NCBI GenBank assembly: GCA_053919585.1
Contig: CM132785.1
DNA: 64,000 bases
DNA from: Euprymna scolopes
Taxonomy: Eukaryota
Strand: one strand, 5' to 3'
A program made the translations under genes and the position numbers. Positions 45,209-59,300 of this stretch are shown piece by piece (the stretch's first letter is position 1; the number at the start of each line of letters is the position of its first letter). Below the pieces are notes generated by a model, which saw only the letters and a program-made list of their open reading frames with translations, was not told where the DNA came from and did not search any database.

Positions 45209-48200
45209 AATCACAGGCAGACAGGAAAATATATTTTACGTATTTGTGATCGAATAATAGACTTATGAAAGAAAGTTACGGTGGCTAAATGGTTAAAATA
45301 AACTGACAACTTGGGTGTGACATGTTCAAGTCCATCTCGTTCAACAGAAACACTTCCACTTATGTTGGAAACCATATGTAGTGCCTCCATAAGTACCCGA
45401 TGTCCTTCTAGAAGGAATTTTAACAAGAAAGATGTCGGGAAAACGATTTAATGACTAAAATAATCATCAGATTTATTTGAAATCGATGAATGAGTGATGG
45501 CCAACAATAAAAACAACAAAATAAACTAATGCAAAATTTAAGAAGAATAGAGAATGATGTGTGGTTAGGGAAGCATACGGACGGAATTAGAAGAGGAAAG
45601 AGAAAGAGCGGCATGTGTCTATGGGAGATAGATATTTATGTTAGAAATATAGCTAACATATATGAACAGTTTTATTTTTATATTAAATATGTATAATTAT
45701 TTAAAAAGCAAAATTTACTAAACTACAAACTAGAATAAAATTCTTGGTTACATGCAAAGGAAAATAAAATAAATTATCTACATTCAATGCTAACCTCCTC
45801 GTCCCCCTCCTAGTTTATCCAAGGTATCCCTGGCTTTCCGTAGTTTGGAGCCTAATTCTGGGTAACCAGCGGCTTCGGCGGCCTCAATAGCTTTCTCCAA
45901 TTTATCTATGTCTTTCGATCTAATAGCGTCAGTCAGTTCATCGTGAAGTTCCTCCTGGGACATGATATCTAATAAGCGTAACAAATATATTAAAAAAAAG
46001 TTTTTACTATATATTCACGATTAATTTTAAATCTGTAATCTATAAATAAATTATAAAAAGAAACTTAATAGAATAACAGTTTTGACAAAAACGTTATTTA
46101 ATTAAATCATCCGCATAATACTAGTTACAAAATTAAGAATATTAACAAAACAATACGTTTAATAATCTGCATCATGTTTCTTCATTGTTATTATTTTTAC
46201 AGATATGCAAGAAACAGGTTAATAATCAAGTTATAATCGTGTTTATACTAGAAATACTAAAACAAGTTTCCATATTCTTTAATTGGTTAGGAATAATTCC
46301 ATTACAAAAATAGTAGTAGCAAACCTCCTTCGCCTCCTCCTAAAATGTGAGAAACTTTTCTGGCTTTTTGTAATGTGTCATCAAGTCCTGGCAATCCTGA
46401 TGCGACACATTCTCTGATTGCTTTGTCCAGAGCGCGTTTGTCTTTTCTTTTTATTGCATCTTTGAGTTTCTTAGCCAACGCCTCGGGAGATTTAGTCCCT
46501 GATAACAAAACAAGGCAACACATCAGACCTCTGAATCTCTTATAGATACTTTGTTTAAGCGCTAAGATTTTCTACTTTTACTTATTCAAAATATCACACG
46601 TGTGATTAGTGTGCTTTAAAGTTTAATGAGTATTGAAATAATAAATATATAATATTCAATATGCGATGATTAATTACAAATATATACAACTTTAACAAAA
46701 ATAAAAGTTTTAGAATCCGCAACGAACATATACAATGATTACTTGAAAGTAATGTTCTCCTTACTGAAATCTCAATTTCTCTTAGCTCAACTCATCCTTT
46801 TTACCTATTTAAATATTTCCTCAGAAGTTAGTTACAGTGGAAAGTGCTATAATTACAGATATATGGTCGATCATGGAACCACATAGTATAATATCTGTTT
46901 TAACAAGTGGGTTTATTTCAGAATAAATACGTTGAATCATCACCGGATTCTCAAATTTGTTTAGCAAAATATTACCACGTATGTATAAGTAGACATAAAT
47001 GAATTATATATCTAAGGCAAACAATCATTAGAATTCTTTAAAATACTTTGAATCACATACTCTATATTCTAGCAAATAGACAAATAAAACAGTAAATATA
47101 TAATATTGAATGTTATGCATACAGCGTGAATGATTGGTTTCGTCCTGGCAAACGTTTTAATTTTGTAAAAGATCAAGGCAACTAATTTTCTGACGAGGAC
47201 TACTATAAAGAAAACAGTTAAAATCAAGAAGAGGATCTACAGACTACAAAACGCAAAACGCACATCTAAACATGCAGTAATCGGCTAACCTCCTCGTCCG
47301 CCTCCAAGTGACTCTAAAGATTTTCTTGCTTCACGAAGGTCAGAACCAAGTTCCGGATATCCGGCAGTTTCAGCCTCATCAATTAATCTTTCAAGATCTT
47401 CCTTGTCTTTAGACCTTGAAGCTCTCCTCATTTGGTCACGTAGTGTATCCGGTGACAAAGAACGAGATCCTGGTTCATCCCAAGAATAATAGTATAAGAT
47501 ACGTGCAAAAGCCAGACATTTAAAAATAGATGCAATATTATAAAATAAAATCTAAATAAATCGACACAAAATATGAGTTATAACAAATAAATATATTGAT
47601 TCAACTATGTACTTAATTTGATATAAATCTCGCAATTACTACTATAGTTAAAGTAGTTTAAAGATTATTATCTGACAGTTTTCCCAAAACATTCTTTCCT
47701 TAAACTTATTTTGAGAGAAAACAGTATTGTATGACCTCTGTTGAGAATCAAAATATAATCTTATGTCAGTAACATCTCATAATGCTATATAATGCTAGGT
47801 CAGTAACATATGCCAATAGCATATGTATGTAACATCTAAATAGCTGATACTGCATCACTAAAACGTTTTTATATTTCCAATTTTGCTTGAGTTAAGCACT
47901 AAATTAAAAATGCAACAAAATTCCTTATGAAATATTATATTATAAATAAACCTGCTAATAACTACATATACAATTTCTTTTCAAAAACTGTGTATTCACT
48001 ACTTGTCAATTTTTAAAAAACACATTACAATATTAATCTCCGAAATTATTTTTAAAATGGTTTATTAAATATTCATCTATATGTTAAAATAATGAATGAA
48101 CACAGAAATCATTTGATTATATCTAACCTCTGCGAGTCTGTTCGCACAGTTTTTCTCTTTCGTCAAGAGATTTTCTGGCTCTGCGAATATCGCCGTCCAG

Positions 48201-49684
48201 TTCTGGCATGCCAGCCGCAACGCATTCGTCAAGAACAGCTTCTAGAGTGTCTTTGTCTCCTTTTCTCATTGCGTCCCTCAGTTTGCTCTTCAAGACGTCG
48301 GGGGTTTTACTTCCTATAGAGACAAATACTGAGCATCGTAGAAAAGTTGTTTGTTACGTTCGATACTGAAGCATCATTCACCTTAGGACAAACAATTCAC
48401 ACGTGTTCATTAGCGTCGTATTGGTGTTCGATCAATATAGTTAATGTTACCACAACTATAGAAGACAAACGCCGTTTAATACTGATAAAAAATTTATAAA
48501 GTAAAATTAATGTCGTGTTGAATAAGCTGTTTAGTATGATTAAAAGCTTCATTAGAAGTAGTTACTGAGCATAGTTTAATCAATTTATATGATGGTTCTT
48601 ACGAAATGTGAGAGAAAAAATAATTAGTTCCATTTCATTAGATAATGGTCAGTAAAAGATAAAATATTGGCAATTTTAAAATTATTATCAATAGGGAAAA
48701 ACTATATTTCAAATATATAATAAAGCAATAGACTTGAAAACTGCGCGCATTAAAAACTTCATCATTAAAAATAAATCAATAATCAGATAACCAAATCGTT
48801 ATTTAAACTAACTACTACGGTTTATAAAACCATGCAGGGTCTAGTACACATCTATCTAAATGCAGGCTAACCTCTTCGTCCTCCGGCAAGTTTATCCAAA
48901 GTGTCTCTTGCTTTACGCATTTTTGAGGCTAGCTCAGGATATCCAGCTTCTTCGGCGTCTTCAATCGCTTTCTCCAATTTATCGATATCTTTAGATTTTA
49001 TGGCTTCATTTAAATCATCATATATTTTGTCAGCAGATGGAATTTCTAAATGAAGATAATAAGTCCACATTTAAAACACATATTTCAATAGTAAATAGTC
49101 TACGATATTTACTAATATCTTCATAACCAGTCATATATGTGTTAGTATTACTTCACGATACAGTTCAATATTGAATATAAAAACAGTGAACACTTTACAA
49201 ATAAGATATCCATTTTACATGAAATTAGCTGCATGCAATGAAAAGTTCTCAAACGGAATTTTAAAGTAGGCTTGGTGAAGAATTTTATCCGTTTCACAAA
49301 TAGTGAAATTATAAATATATCGAGAATGGTTTTGCAGTAATTTTATAATATAATTAGTGAATATAAATACATCAAATCAGTTATACATTTTAAATTCAGG
49401 TGTAAAAGATTCACGATTTTACACTTTAAGGAAATCTCGAACATATAGCATCGTTAACGGACAAATGGATATTTACATAAGGTAACCATAAAATCATGAC
49501 ATTATGTGTTATAAAATGTTCCAAAGGAATACATATATATTATTTTATTCAATTTAGGAAAATAAAATAACAATTGCATTTTGACTACTTAAATTGAATA
49601 AGATAATATCTTGCTCTTTTTCTTCAGTACTATCAACAACCTCGTTAAATTTGATATTTTTAACTTTTGGTATATTTTAAGCTG

Positions 49685-49732
<48 letters not shown>

Positions 49733-52046
49733 TTGATTAATTGAAGTACATATGCATTTTAAAATTGATATGAATTTTAATTTTAGATATGTAGTGTTTA
49801 TATATCGCTGATGCATGTTGTTTTTAATTGACATATGTTAGAAATTACATAATTGGTTACACAATTCAGTTGTTTAATCTAATGGTATCTATTTTACGAA
49901 AATTTTATAGGTTAAAAATATGCCAGATCTAACCTCCTTTTCCTCCTGAAAGAATATCTGAAAACTTCCTGGCTTTGTGTACAGCGTCGTCTAATTCTGG
50001 CAAGCCTGACGCGACACATTCTTTGATTGCTCTATCGAGAGCACGTTTGTCTTTTCTTCGGATAGCATCTTCGAGTTTTTTAATCAAAGCATCGGGAGAT
50101 TTAGTTCCTGGGTGCCAAAACAAGAATAAAGAACAATGACTTCATCTCAAACATAAACACAATTAAGTCTAATGTGAATTGTGAAATGCTGATACAAGAA
50201 TAATAGTTCCATATAACATGAATAAGGAATAATTGTAATTTTCAAGAAATCGAAATTCTCTAATCTACAATTGAGAATAAACCACACATCTAGACATGCA
50301 GGAAAAAGCTAACCTCCTCGTCCACCTCCAAGACTTTCTAATGATTTTCTTGCTTCACGAAGATCAGAACCAAGTTCCGGATATCCGGCTTCCTCGGCCT
50401 CATCAATTATTATTTGAAGACCTTCTTTGTCTTTAGGTCTTGAAGCTCTTCTAATTTGATCACGTAATGTATCAGGTGACAAAGACCGAGAACCTACGAA
50501 TCATAATAAATAAATATACTAGAAATAACATTACTAAGTGACAACAGGTAGTCGAATCAAATATAATAATACTAAAAAAAACTATATACAAAAACGTGTA
50601 TATGCATAATGTACGATTGATAAGATAATTATATAAGATTGTAGAGATTAGAGATAGAGCGAGGGAGAATTTATAAGTTGAAATTCCGATCAAAATTAAT
50701 GTAATTGATATAATTAAATATATTTAAATGAACTTATCTTTATCTGAGAGGGTGTAATAATAATGTAATGCCTACGCATATTAAAGCAACTGTGTAAGGG
50801 ATATAGTCGTTAATCTCATAAAAGCTATACATTCATTTATATCCATAATTATTAATTTTATTTGAACAATCACAGAACGTTATAGTAATATATGTCAGTA
50901 GTGTACCTGTACTATACCAGTAGTATAAAACCAGTAGCCGCAGTATAAAAGTAAAAATACAATTACATCGAACGTAAGTACCCTTTTTAAAATGATTGCT
51001 TACAAAGAGGTAGTAAGACAGGTGAAACAGACTTTCTAAAATATCCCTCTCGTATAAAAGGTTAGATAATCAAGAGTGCATTTAGAAAACAAAAAGGAGT
51101 ATCATAAACAGATTTATAATAGTTCATTGTTATTATTATAAGCAATTATGTCAGCATTATGCCTAACCTCTTCGTTGGGGTTCATCGAGATTTTCTTGAT
51201 CCTCAAGAGACTTTCTTGCTCTGTTGATATCTGCGTCAAGTTCTGGCATACCAGCCGCGACGCACTCATCAAGTACAGCTTCGAGAGTGTCCTTGTCACC
51301 TGTTCTCATTGCTTCTCTCAGTTTGTCCTTCAAAACATCGGGTGTTTTACTTCCTGGGAACGGAGATTACATACTTCGTCAGAATTAAAAACAAAAACTA
51401 ATAGCCGCGGTTTAAGAACGGCATGCCATCCAGGCGCATGCGTACAACTTATTAGCTTTGTGAAGATTTATAAACCCCCTTCTACTTGAGGAGTTAACTA
51501 CAATAAACTAGTAAAGTACAATCTCGGTACTGCTTGATATTTTGTTGTAATATAATAATGAAACGTTGTGTGTTCCATACATTTGTTTCTGACCGTAGAA
51601 AAGCTAAAAATGTAAGAGTTTACATTAATGGGTTCATTTTATTTCTAAAATAGTCTGATAGATGTTATAAGTTAATTAATTTTCAGTTAATAGTATTTTG
51701 ATTGTGATAGTTTATTTTAAATTCTGTGATGAGTAACTAAACTAGTTTTCAATGAACAACCGCTTATTATATAAAATTAAACCTATTCAGAACTCTTATT
51801 TACAAGTAATTATAAGATAACGTTAAAAGTGTAAGGTTTTTATAATCTGAAATATCAAGTAAAACTTAGTTAATGTTAGGTTTATGAACCAAATGTTATG
51901 ATAAAAATATGTACTTCAGTTCTTAGTAACTATTGCTACAACTAATTAAAAAGCAGAATAAGAGGGAATATACCGATGAGTTAATAGAATGATATATTTC
52001 CGTTCGTTTTTAAACAGAGCATTCGACAAGCATATGTAAGCTGTTT

Positions 52047-52117
<71 letters not shown>

Positions 52118-53311
52118 TATATTGCAGTGATAAAAAGCTTATACTGTGGAGAAAAACGACCCGGTTTCAATTTCAGTTTGAAGCAATAGCATGGCTAATC
52201 ATACTGAAGCCTTGTAAGATTGCTAAAACTAATATATGTATTAAAGTAAGACACTGAAATCTCTACTTCAGTAAAACAGATAAAAAGTTAAGCTTATAAA
52301 ATAAATTGCACGGATAATTTTTTAGAGTAATTTTCTTACAAAACAAACAATTATTAAATAAATGCTCAGCGTAACAAATAGAAATAAACAATCGCATCAA
52401 AGTATATAAAATATGCGGAAATGCACTACAGACTAAAAGTTAACATCATGCCAAAACTAAGAAAAATCTTCACTAGATTCCAACCTCTTCGTCCTCCTCC
52501 GAGTTTTTCCAATGTGTCTCTTGCTTTACGCAGCCGAGAACCTAATTCTGGATACCCAGCTTCTTCAGCGTCTTCAATGGCTTTAGCCAATTTGTCAATA
52601 TCTTTAGATTTTATGGCGTCGGTCAGTTCATCATATATTTCGTCAGCAGAAGGTACATCTAAGGGGAAATAATTTTTGTATTTAGACGTTTTATATTTAT
52701 TTGCAGATTATCAAACTATTTTCACTTAATCACGAGAAATGTATAGCATTTATTTCTCTTTTTTTTTCTAAAGGTTTAAAAATTGACCTTCAAAATTTCT
52801 CAAAGTATTTAATCAGTTTAATATACTTTGAGAGGGTATTATCGTCTTATTTTAGATGTTCAGGTGCATTTTACTATAGTTAACAATGACAGTTCGTTTT
52901 TTACATATATGCACGATCTGTGTATGTAAGTTTATTGCTAGTACAAACAGTGTTACGAGATTTAAGAAAACCTGTAACATACTCTCCACTACATTTTAGA
53001 TAATAGTGGCATTTGAGTACATCTATGCAGAAGGTGATACATAACCCCTCAAAAACAAAATTATTCAAAATTAATATATATGAGAATTAGCCGAGGTTAA
53101 CAATACTTCGAATTAAAGTAACATGTAACACAACAGATTATGAATTGGAATTAACCAATATCCATTAAATTATGTGTTCTTACAACGCCGATAAGTATAA
53201 AAAATACTGCGATTGAAATTATGTAAGTATGTACTTTAGTAATAAATATAAATGAATTTAAGGAAATTTTGTTTGTATTTTATTTCAAAATATAATTAGT
53301 TCTCTGATAGA

Positions 53312-53381
<70 letters not shown>

Positions 53382-54408
53382 TGACAAACATTATATCAGA
53401 TTCGAACCTCTGCGTCCCCCTCCGAGGTTTCCAGTGTGTCTCGTGCTTTACGCAGCNNNNNNNNNNNNNNNNNNNNNNNNNNNNNNNNNNNNNNNNNNNN
53501 NNNNNNNNNNNNNNNNNNNNNNNNNNNNNNNNNNNNNNNNNNNNNNNNNNNNNNNNNNNNNNNNNNNNNNNNNNNNNNNNNNNNATATAATAAATGAGTA
53601 ATGCTTTCTTACAATGAAATCAGTATGCATAATGGCTAAGTTATGATTAAATCTAACCTCCTTTTCCTCCTGAAAGAATATCTGAAAACTTCCTGGCTTT
53701 GTGTACAGCGTCGTCTAATTCTGGTAAGCCTGACGCAACACATTCTTTGATTGCTCTATCGAGAGCACGTTTGTCTTTTCTTCGGATAGCATCTTCGAGT
53801 TTTTTAATCAAAGCATCGGGAGATTTAGTTCCTGGGTGCCAAAACAAGAATAATGAACAATGACTTCATCTCAAACATAAACACAATTGAGTTTAATGTG
53901 AATTGTGAAATGCTGATACAAGAATAATAGTTCCATATAACATGAATCAGGAATAATTGTAATTTTCAAGAAATCGAAATTCTCTAATCTACAATTGAGA
54001 ATAAACCACACATCTAGACATGCAGGAAAAAGCTAACCTCCTCGTCCACCTCCAAAACTTTCTAATGATTTTCTTGCTTCACGAAGATCAGAACCAAGTT
54101 CCGGATATCCGGCTTCCTCGGCCTCATCAATTAATGTTTGTAGAGCTTCTTTGTCTTTAGCTTTTGAGGCTCTTCTAATTTGATCACGTAATGTGTCAGG
54201 TGACAAAGAACGAGAACCTACGAGTCATAAAAAATAAATATACTTACAGTTACAATAAATAAATAAACATATTGAAACAGAACAATAAAGGTACTAAAGA
54301 GGGCAGCAGCTTGTTTTTTTAATATAATAATTCTAAACAATAAGGTATAACTCATGCTTAAAAAGAGAATTCTATAATATCATTTAATGTGATAGATAAG
54401 TTCTTAAA

Positions 54409-54445
<37 letters not shown>

Positions 54446-54643
54446 TAGATAGATAACTAAGACAAGAGTATAATATCTATTTATATGTGTTACAGGATAT
54501 CACACATTGATGCCGTCGGTTTCAAATTTCTGTTTAAATAAGGGATTAATAGATCAACATAATCTAATAGATATTGGTCCCTTTTGTTATGATTAGAAAT
54601 CGACGGTTCTCATGTTGTCCTGATTTTCTGTGGCATATATATA

Positions 54644-54708
<65 letters not shown>

Positions 54709-56250
54709 CTCCACATTTCAGAGCATCACGTTGGTGAGAGAAAATTATTCCAAATTATCATTTACGTATAGTTTCTTCCGTTCTAATGTATTGGAGGAAA
54801 AATAAGCTTATAAATGAGTATTACAATGATCTTGATAAATAAATAATCATTAAACCGAATGTATTATTAAGTCGAATTTTTTGTTTATGTACATAATTTG
54901 CGTCATTATTAGACAATCAAAACATGACATCGTAATATTTATTTTTATAACCTTTGAATTTAAATAATTTAATTGTTGTCTGATCCAGCAGACTCAAATG
55001 CAATTGTAGCAAAGTAATTCGTTTTACAGTGACTCCCGTATACAGAATGCTCAACGATGGTTCGGCGGTTTATGACATTGACTGGGAGCCTGGACGTGCT
55101 AGGTCCTACTCCAGTTCGTGCTACAGAAACACTTGTATCAAATCCACACCTGACCTTGTGCCTAACCTCCTAGAGAGGATTTAAATAAATACATAAGATA
55201 ATAAAACAATAGGGTCATATCACTTTCATTCGAATAGTTATAATATTCAGAATTTATACTAAATTGAAAAAATATGATAAAATACAGAAAACTGTGATTA
55301 ACAAATTGTAAATAATATACCATTAAAACTTAAGGTGTACTATTATTATTCCTAACCTCTTCGTTGTTTTTCATCCAGTCGTTTCTGGTCATCAAGAGAC
55401 TTCCTTGCGCTGTTGATATCAGCGTCCAGTTCTGGCATACCAGCCGCGATGCACTCATCAAGTACAGTTTCGAGAGCATCCTGGTCTCCTGCTCTCATGG
55501 CTTCTCTCAATTTATCCTTCAGAACATCGGGAGTTTTACTTCCTGACAACGGAGATGACATACTTCATCAGAAACGAAAAAGCCACGAGCCGTGGGTTTA
55601 GAGCGACGTGCAACCAAGGCGCATGCGTATATGAAGTACTGAGTGATCAGCTTTTGGCAGTGAGTCAGACTAGCATTTGTTTCTGGGAATGAATTGAAGT
55701 AACACGTGTTGATCTAATTTAATAGATTCTATTATTTTCGAAATAATTTCAATTCAAAACACATTCTTTCTTTCTATAATCCGTAACTAAATTGTCTCTA
55801 GCAAAAACAGCTGCGTTTTTTATTATCAAAAATAATATTTCAGATTAATCATCAAATATGGGTAAAATAGTTCGTATCTCATCATCTGAAATCTTTAGTA
55901 AAATAATTAGATGTTTGGCTTTCTTTGCGAAGCATCAAAATGGAATTATATAGTTGAATCTATATCAGTAGAAATTAGAAGTGAACATCACTGATACTGA
56001 TGTATCGTCTGCAAACTAATATAAAAAGCAATAATATCAATCGCATTTATTATTCTTTAAAATACTACTTTAAAAATCTAATATTATATTTGCATTTGAC
56101 ATAAATAGGGATTATTTCCCTACTCGTCGTGTAATGGTTGTAATTGGTGAGAATGCTCAAAATTGAATTAAAGATGACTCCTACACCGGAGATCTTAAAG
56201 GTGAGATTGATTTGAACATCATCACACTGAAGGTTTCGCAAGGATAGAAC

Positions 56251-56315
<65 letters not shown>

Positions 56316-59300
56316 TAATAATTAAATATGTATCATTAAGAAATAATATATTTGTGTGTCTTTCTTTGTATTTGTATTTTCACGGTTTTGTATTTTACAA
56401 ACAAGCCGCTTACACATAGCAATTTACGCACGGACACACACATACCCATAAAGTTTGCCCAAAATAATCATAAATAAAAAATAATGCAACTATTTTGAAG
56501 GTCTACAAAAGTTATTTCCATGAGAATTTCCTAGAAATAAGTAAAATACAACAGTTTTCTTTATTTACGTCCTTTATAAAAGGTTATAAGCACATGGGAA
56601 ACTTAACAGCAAAATATATATCATTCTTATACAAATATTGCTATTCTGTAGGTATAAAACTGTATGAAGCTCAAACAAGTATTTTAATCTTACTATTTTG
56701 TTTATAAAAATGTATAATGTTATTTTAAGGAGAGATATACACACCAAAATCCATAACTGGGTTCAGATAATTTTAAAAAAACGTTAAAATTTTAACCTTG
56801 GGTTTACAAGAATGTCAAACCAGATTTTTATTATTTGCAGTGAATAGGAAAAGAGTTTTAGAATACTTATACTATTAGTTTTAAAGTATGATTTACTTAC
56901 AAAAAGCAATTATGAAATAAAATTTCAGCGTAAAAATGGAATCTAAAAACAAAAGAAAAAACTATTCTACAGACTAATAGGAAACGCCATGCAAACATTA
57001 TATCAGATTCGAACCTCTGCGTCCCCCTCCGAGTTTTTCCAATGTATCTCGTGCTTTACGCAGCCGGGAACCTAACTCTGGATATCCAGCTTCTTCAGCG
57101 TCTTCAATAGCTTTCGCCAATTTGTCAATATCTTTAGATTTAATAGCGTCGGTCAGTTCGTCATATATTTCGTCAGCAGAAGGTACATCTAAAAGAAGGT
57201 AATTTCATTATTAAGATAAATTTCAGTTCAATAAGTTCATTTATTTTAATAAAATATAATACTCGCTTCTTTAAAACCAAATTGATAATATTTATATTGC
57301 TTGTGTGTTCAAATTTCGATAACATAAGTTTCTAATTTGTCAGTGTTCGGTATATTTTAAGGGCTACAAATACTTTTTAATATGGCGTAAATCTTAATTT
57401 ACATTGATATTGTTTCATGTGTATTTAGCAATACGTTATTATGTTAGTTATTTATTTACATATGTACCTGATCTATATATTTCAAATGTATAGTTTGAAA
57501 AGCTTATAATCCCGCTGGCATCGTTGTTTTAACAGTTAGTTCAAATAGACTTTACATTATAGCTACAGACAGGATTAATAAGAAAAACTGCTTTCAAAAT
57601 GTCCCGTTTTACGAAAATGGACATACAAACATAAGAAACTGTTTGAGGTATTAATACCAAAAGTTAAGCTAACATGCTAAACAAGTGGCTATAAGCAACC
57701 CTAATAAATATGCATTGGCTTATATTAAACTTACAAATATAAATACAAATACTTCATAATAGTTCTTTATGAATAAATATAGCTTAACTAAAAGTATATT
57801 TACTGTTGTTTATTGTTTTAATTATTGTATATGTTATCTTATTAAATATAATCGATTAAAACTTGCTTCGTATTGAAATAGAAAATTTATGTAACAAGTT
57901 AAATATGATTGTGTCTAACCTCCTTTCCTTCCTGACAGAATATCTGAATACTCCCTGGCTTTTTGTACAGCGTCGTCTAATTCTGGCAAGCCTGACGCAA
58001 CACATTCTTTGATTGCTCTATCTAAAGCACGCTTGTCTTTCCTTCGGATAGCATCTTCGAGTTTTTTAATCAAAGCATCAGGAGATTTAGTTCCTGAGAA
58101 CCAAAACAAAATCAAAGAATAATGATTTCAGCAAAACCCTAGTAAATTATAGAATGCTCGTATTAGAACATTTCTCATTAAATCCGAATAAAGAAAAAAT
58201 GTAATTTCCAGAAATCGAAATATAAAATATATTGTTATAAGTAAACCACACATCTAGACATGCAGAAAAGGCTAACCTCCTCGTCCGCCTCCAAGATTTT
58301 CTAATGATTTTCTTGCTTCGCAAAGATCAGGGCCAAGTTCCGGGTATTCGGAAGCTTCGGCTTCATCAATTAATCTTTCAAGACCAGTTTTGTCTTTTGA
58401 TCTTGAAGCTCTTCTCATTTGGTCACGAAGCGTGTCAGGTGACAGTGAACGAGAACCTATCAGTCAAANNNNNNNNNNNNNNNNNNNNNNNNNNNNNNNN
58501 NNNNNNNNNNNNNNNNNNNNNNNNNNNNNNNNNNNNNNNNNNNNNNNNNNNNNNNNNNNNNNNNNNNNNNNNNNNNNNNNNNNNNNNNNNNNNNNNNNNN
58601 NNNNNNNNNNNNNNNNNNNNNNNNNNNNNNNNNNNAGAAAATTATGTATTTTTATTTTGAGCTCGAATTTCTACGAGAAATAAATAAAGAGCACCACGCT
58701 CTTGACTCGTCACACAATCTCCCAAGCAAACCAAAAGTACTTGGGTCCACAATGACCATATTAAATTCATTGAGCAGTTCAAGCCAGAAATATAAACACA
58801 TATCAAGCAAATTGAAATGATCACAAAAGAATTAAGAATTTCAAATATTAAAATTCGTGCACTGATTACTCTTTAGAGTGACAATTAGAATAGGAATGTT
58901 GAATTTTAATTGTAATATAATATAAATCTACTTCAAGGAATTTGTTACCAGGCAATTCAATGAATATGATAACAATAAGGTGTCAAACCTTTTCGTTGAC
59001 GTTCGTCCAGTTTTTCTTGATCATCAAGAGATTTTCTGGCTCTGTGAATATCAGCGTCCAGTTCTGGCATGCCAGAAGCGATGCATTCATCAAGAACAGA
59101 TTCTAGAGCATCACTGTCTCCCTGTCTCATTGCTTGCCTCAGTTTTTCTTTCAAGACATCTGGAGTTTTACATCCTGACAACGGAGACGTCAGACATTGT
59201 CGTGAACATAATTGAGTCAATGGCTCAGAGCAGCGTGCAATGAAAGCGCATGCGGACTAAACAAAAAGGGAACACTTTTGTATGTATTTTTCCTACGAAT

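Noticed and set aside
11950-54771. ORFs rich in [14 protein letters not shown] or poly-I, and ORFs containing X runs
   Set aside because: They are translations of microsatellites or assembly gaps.
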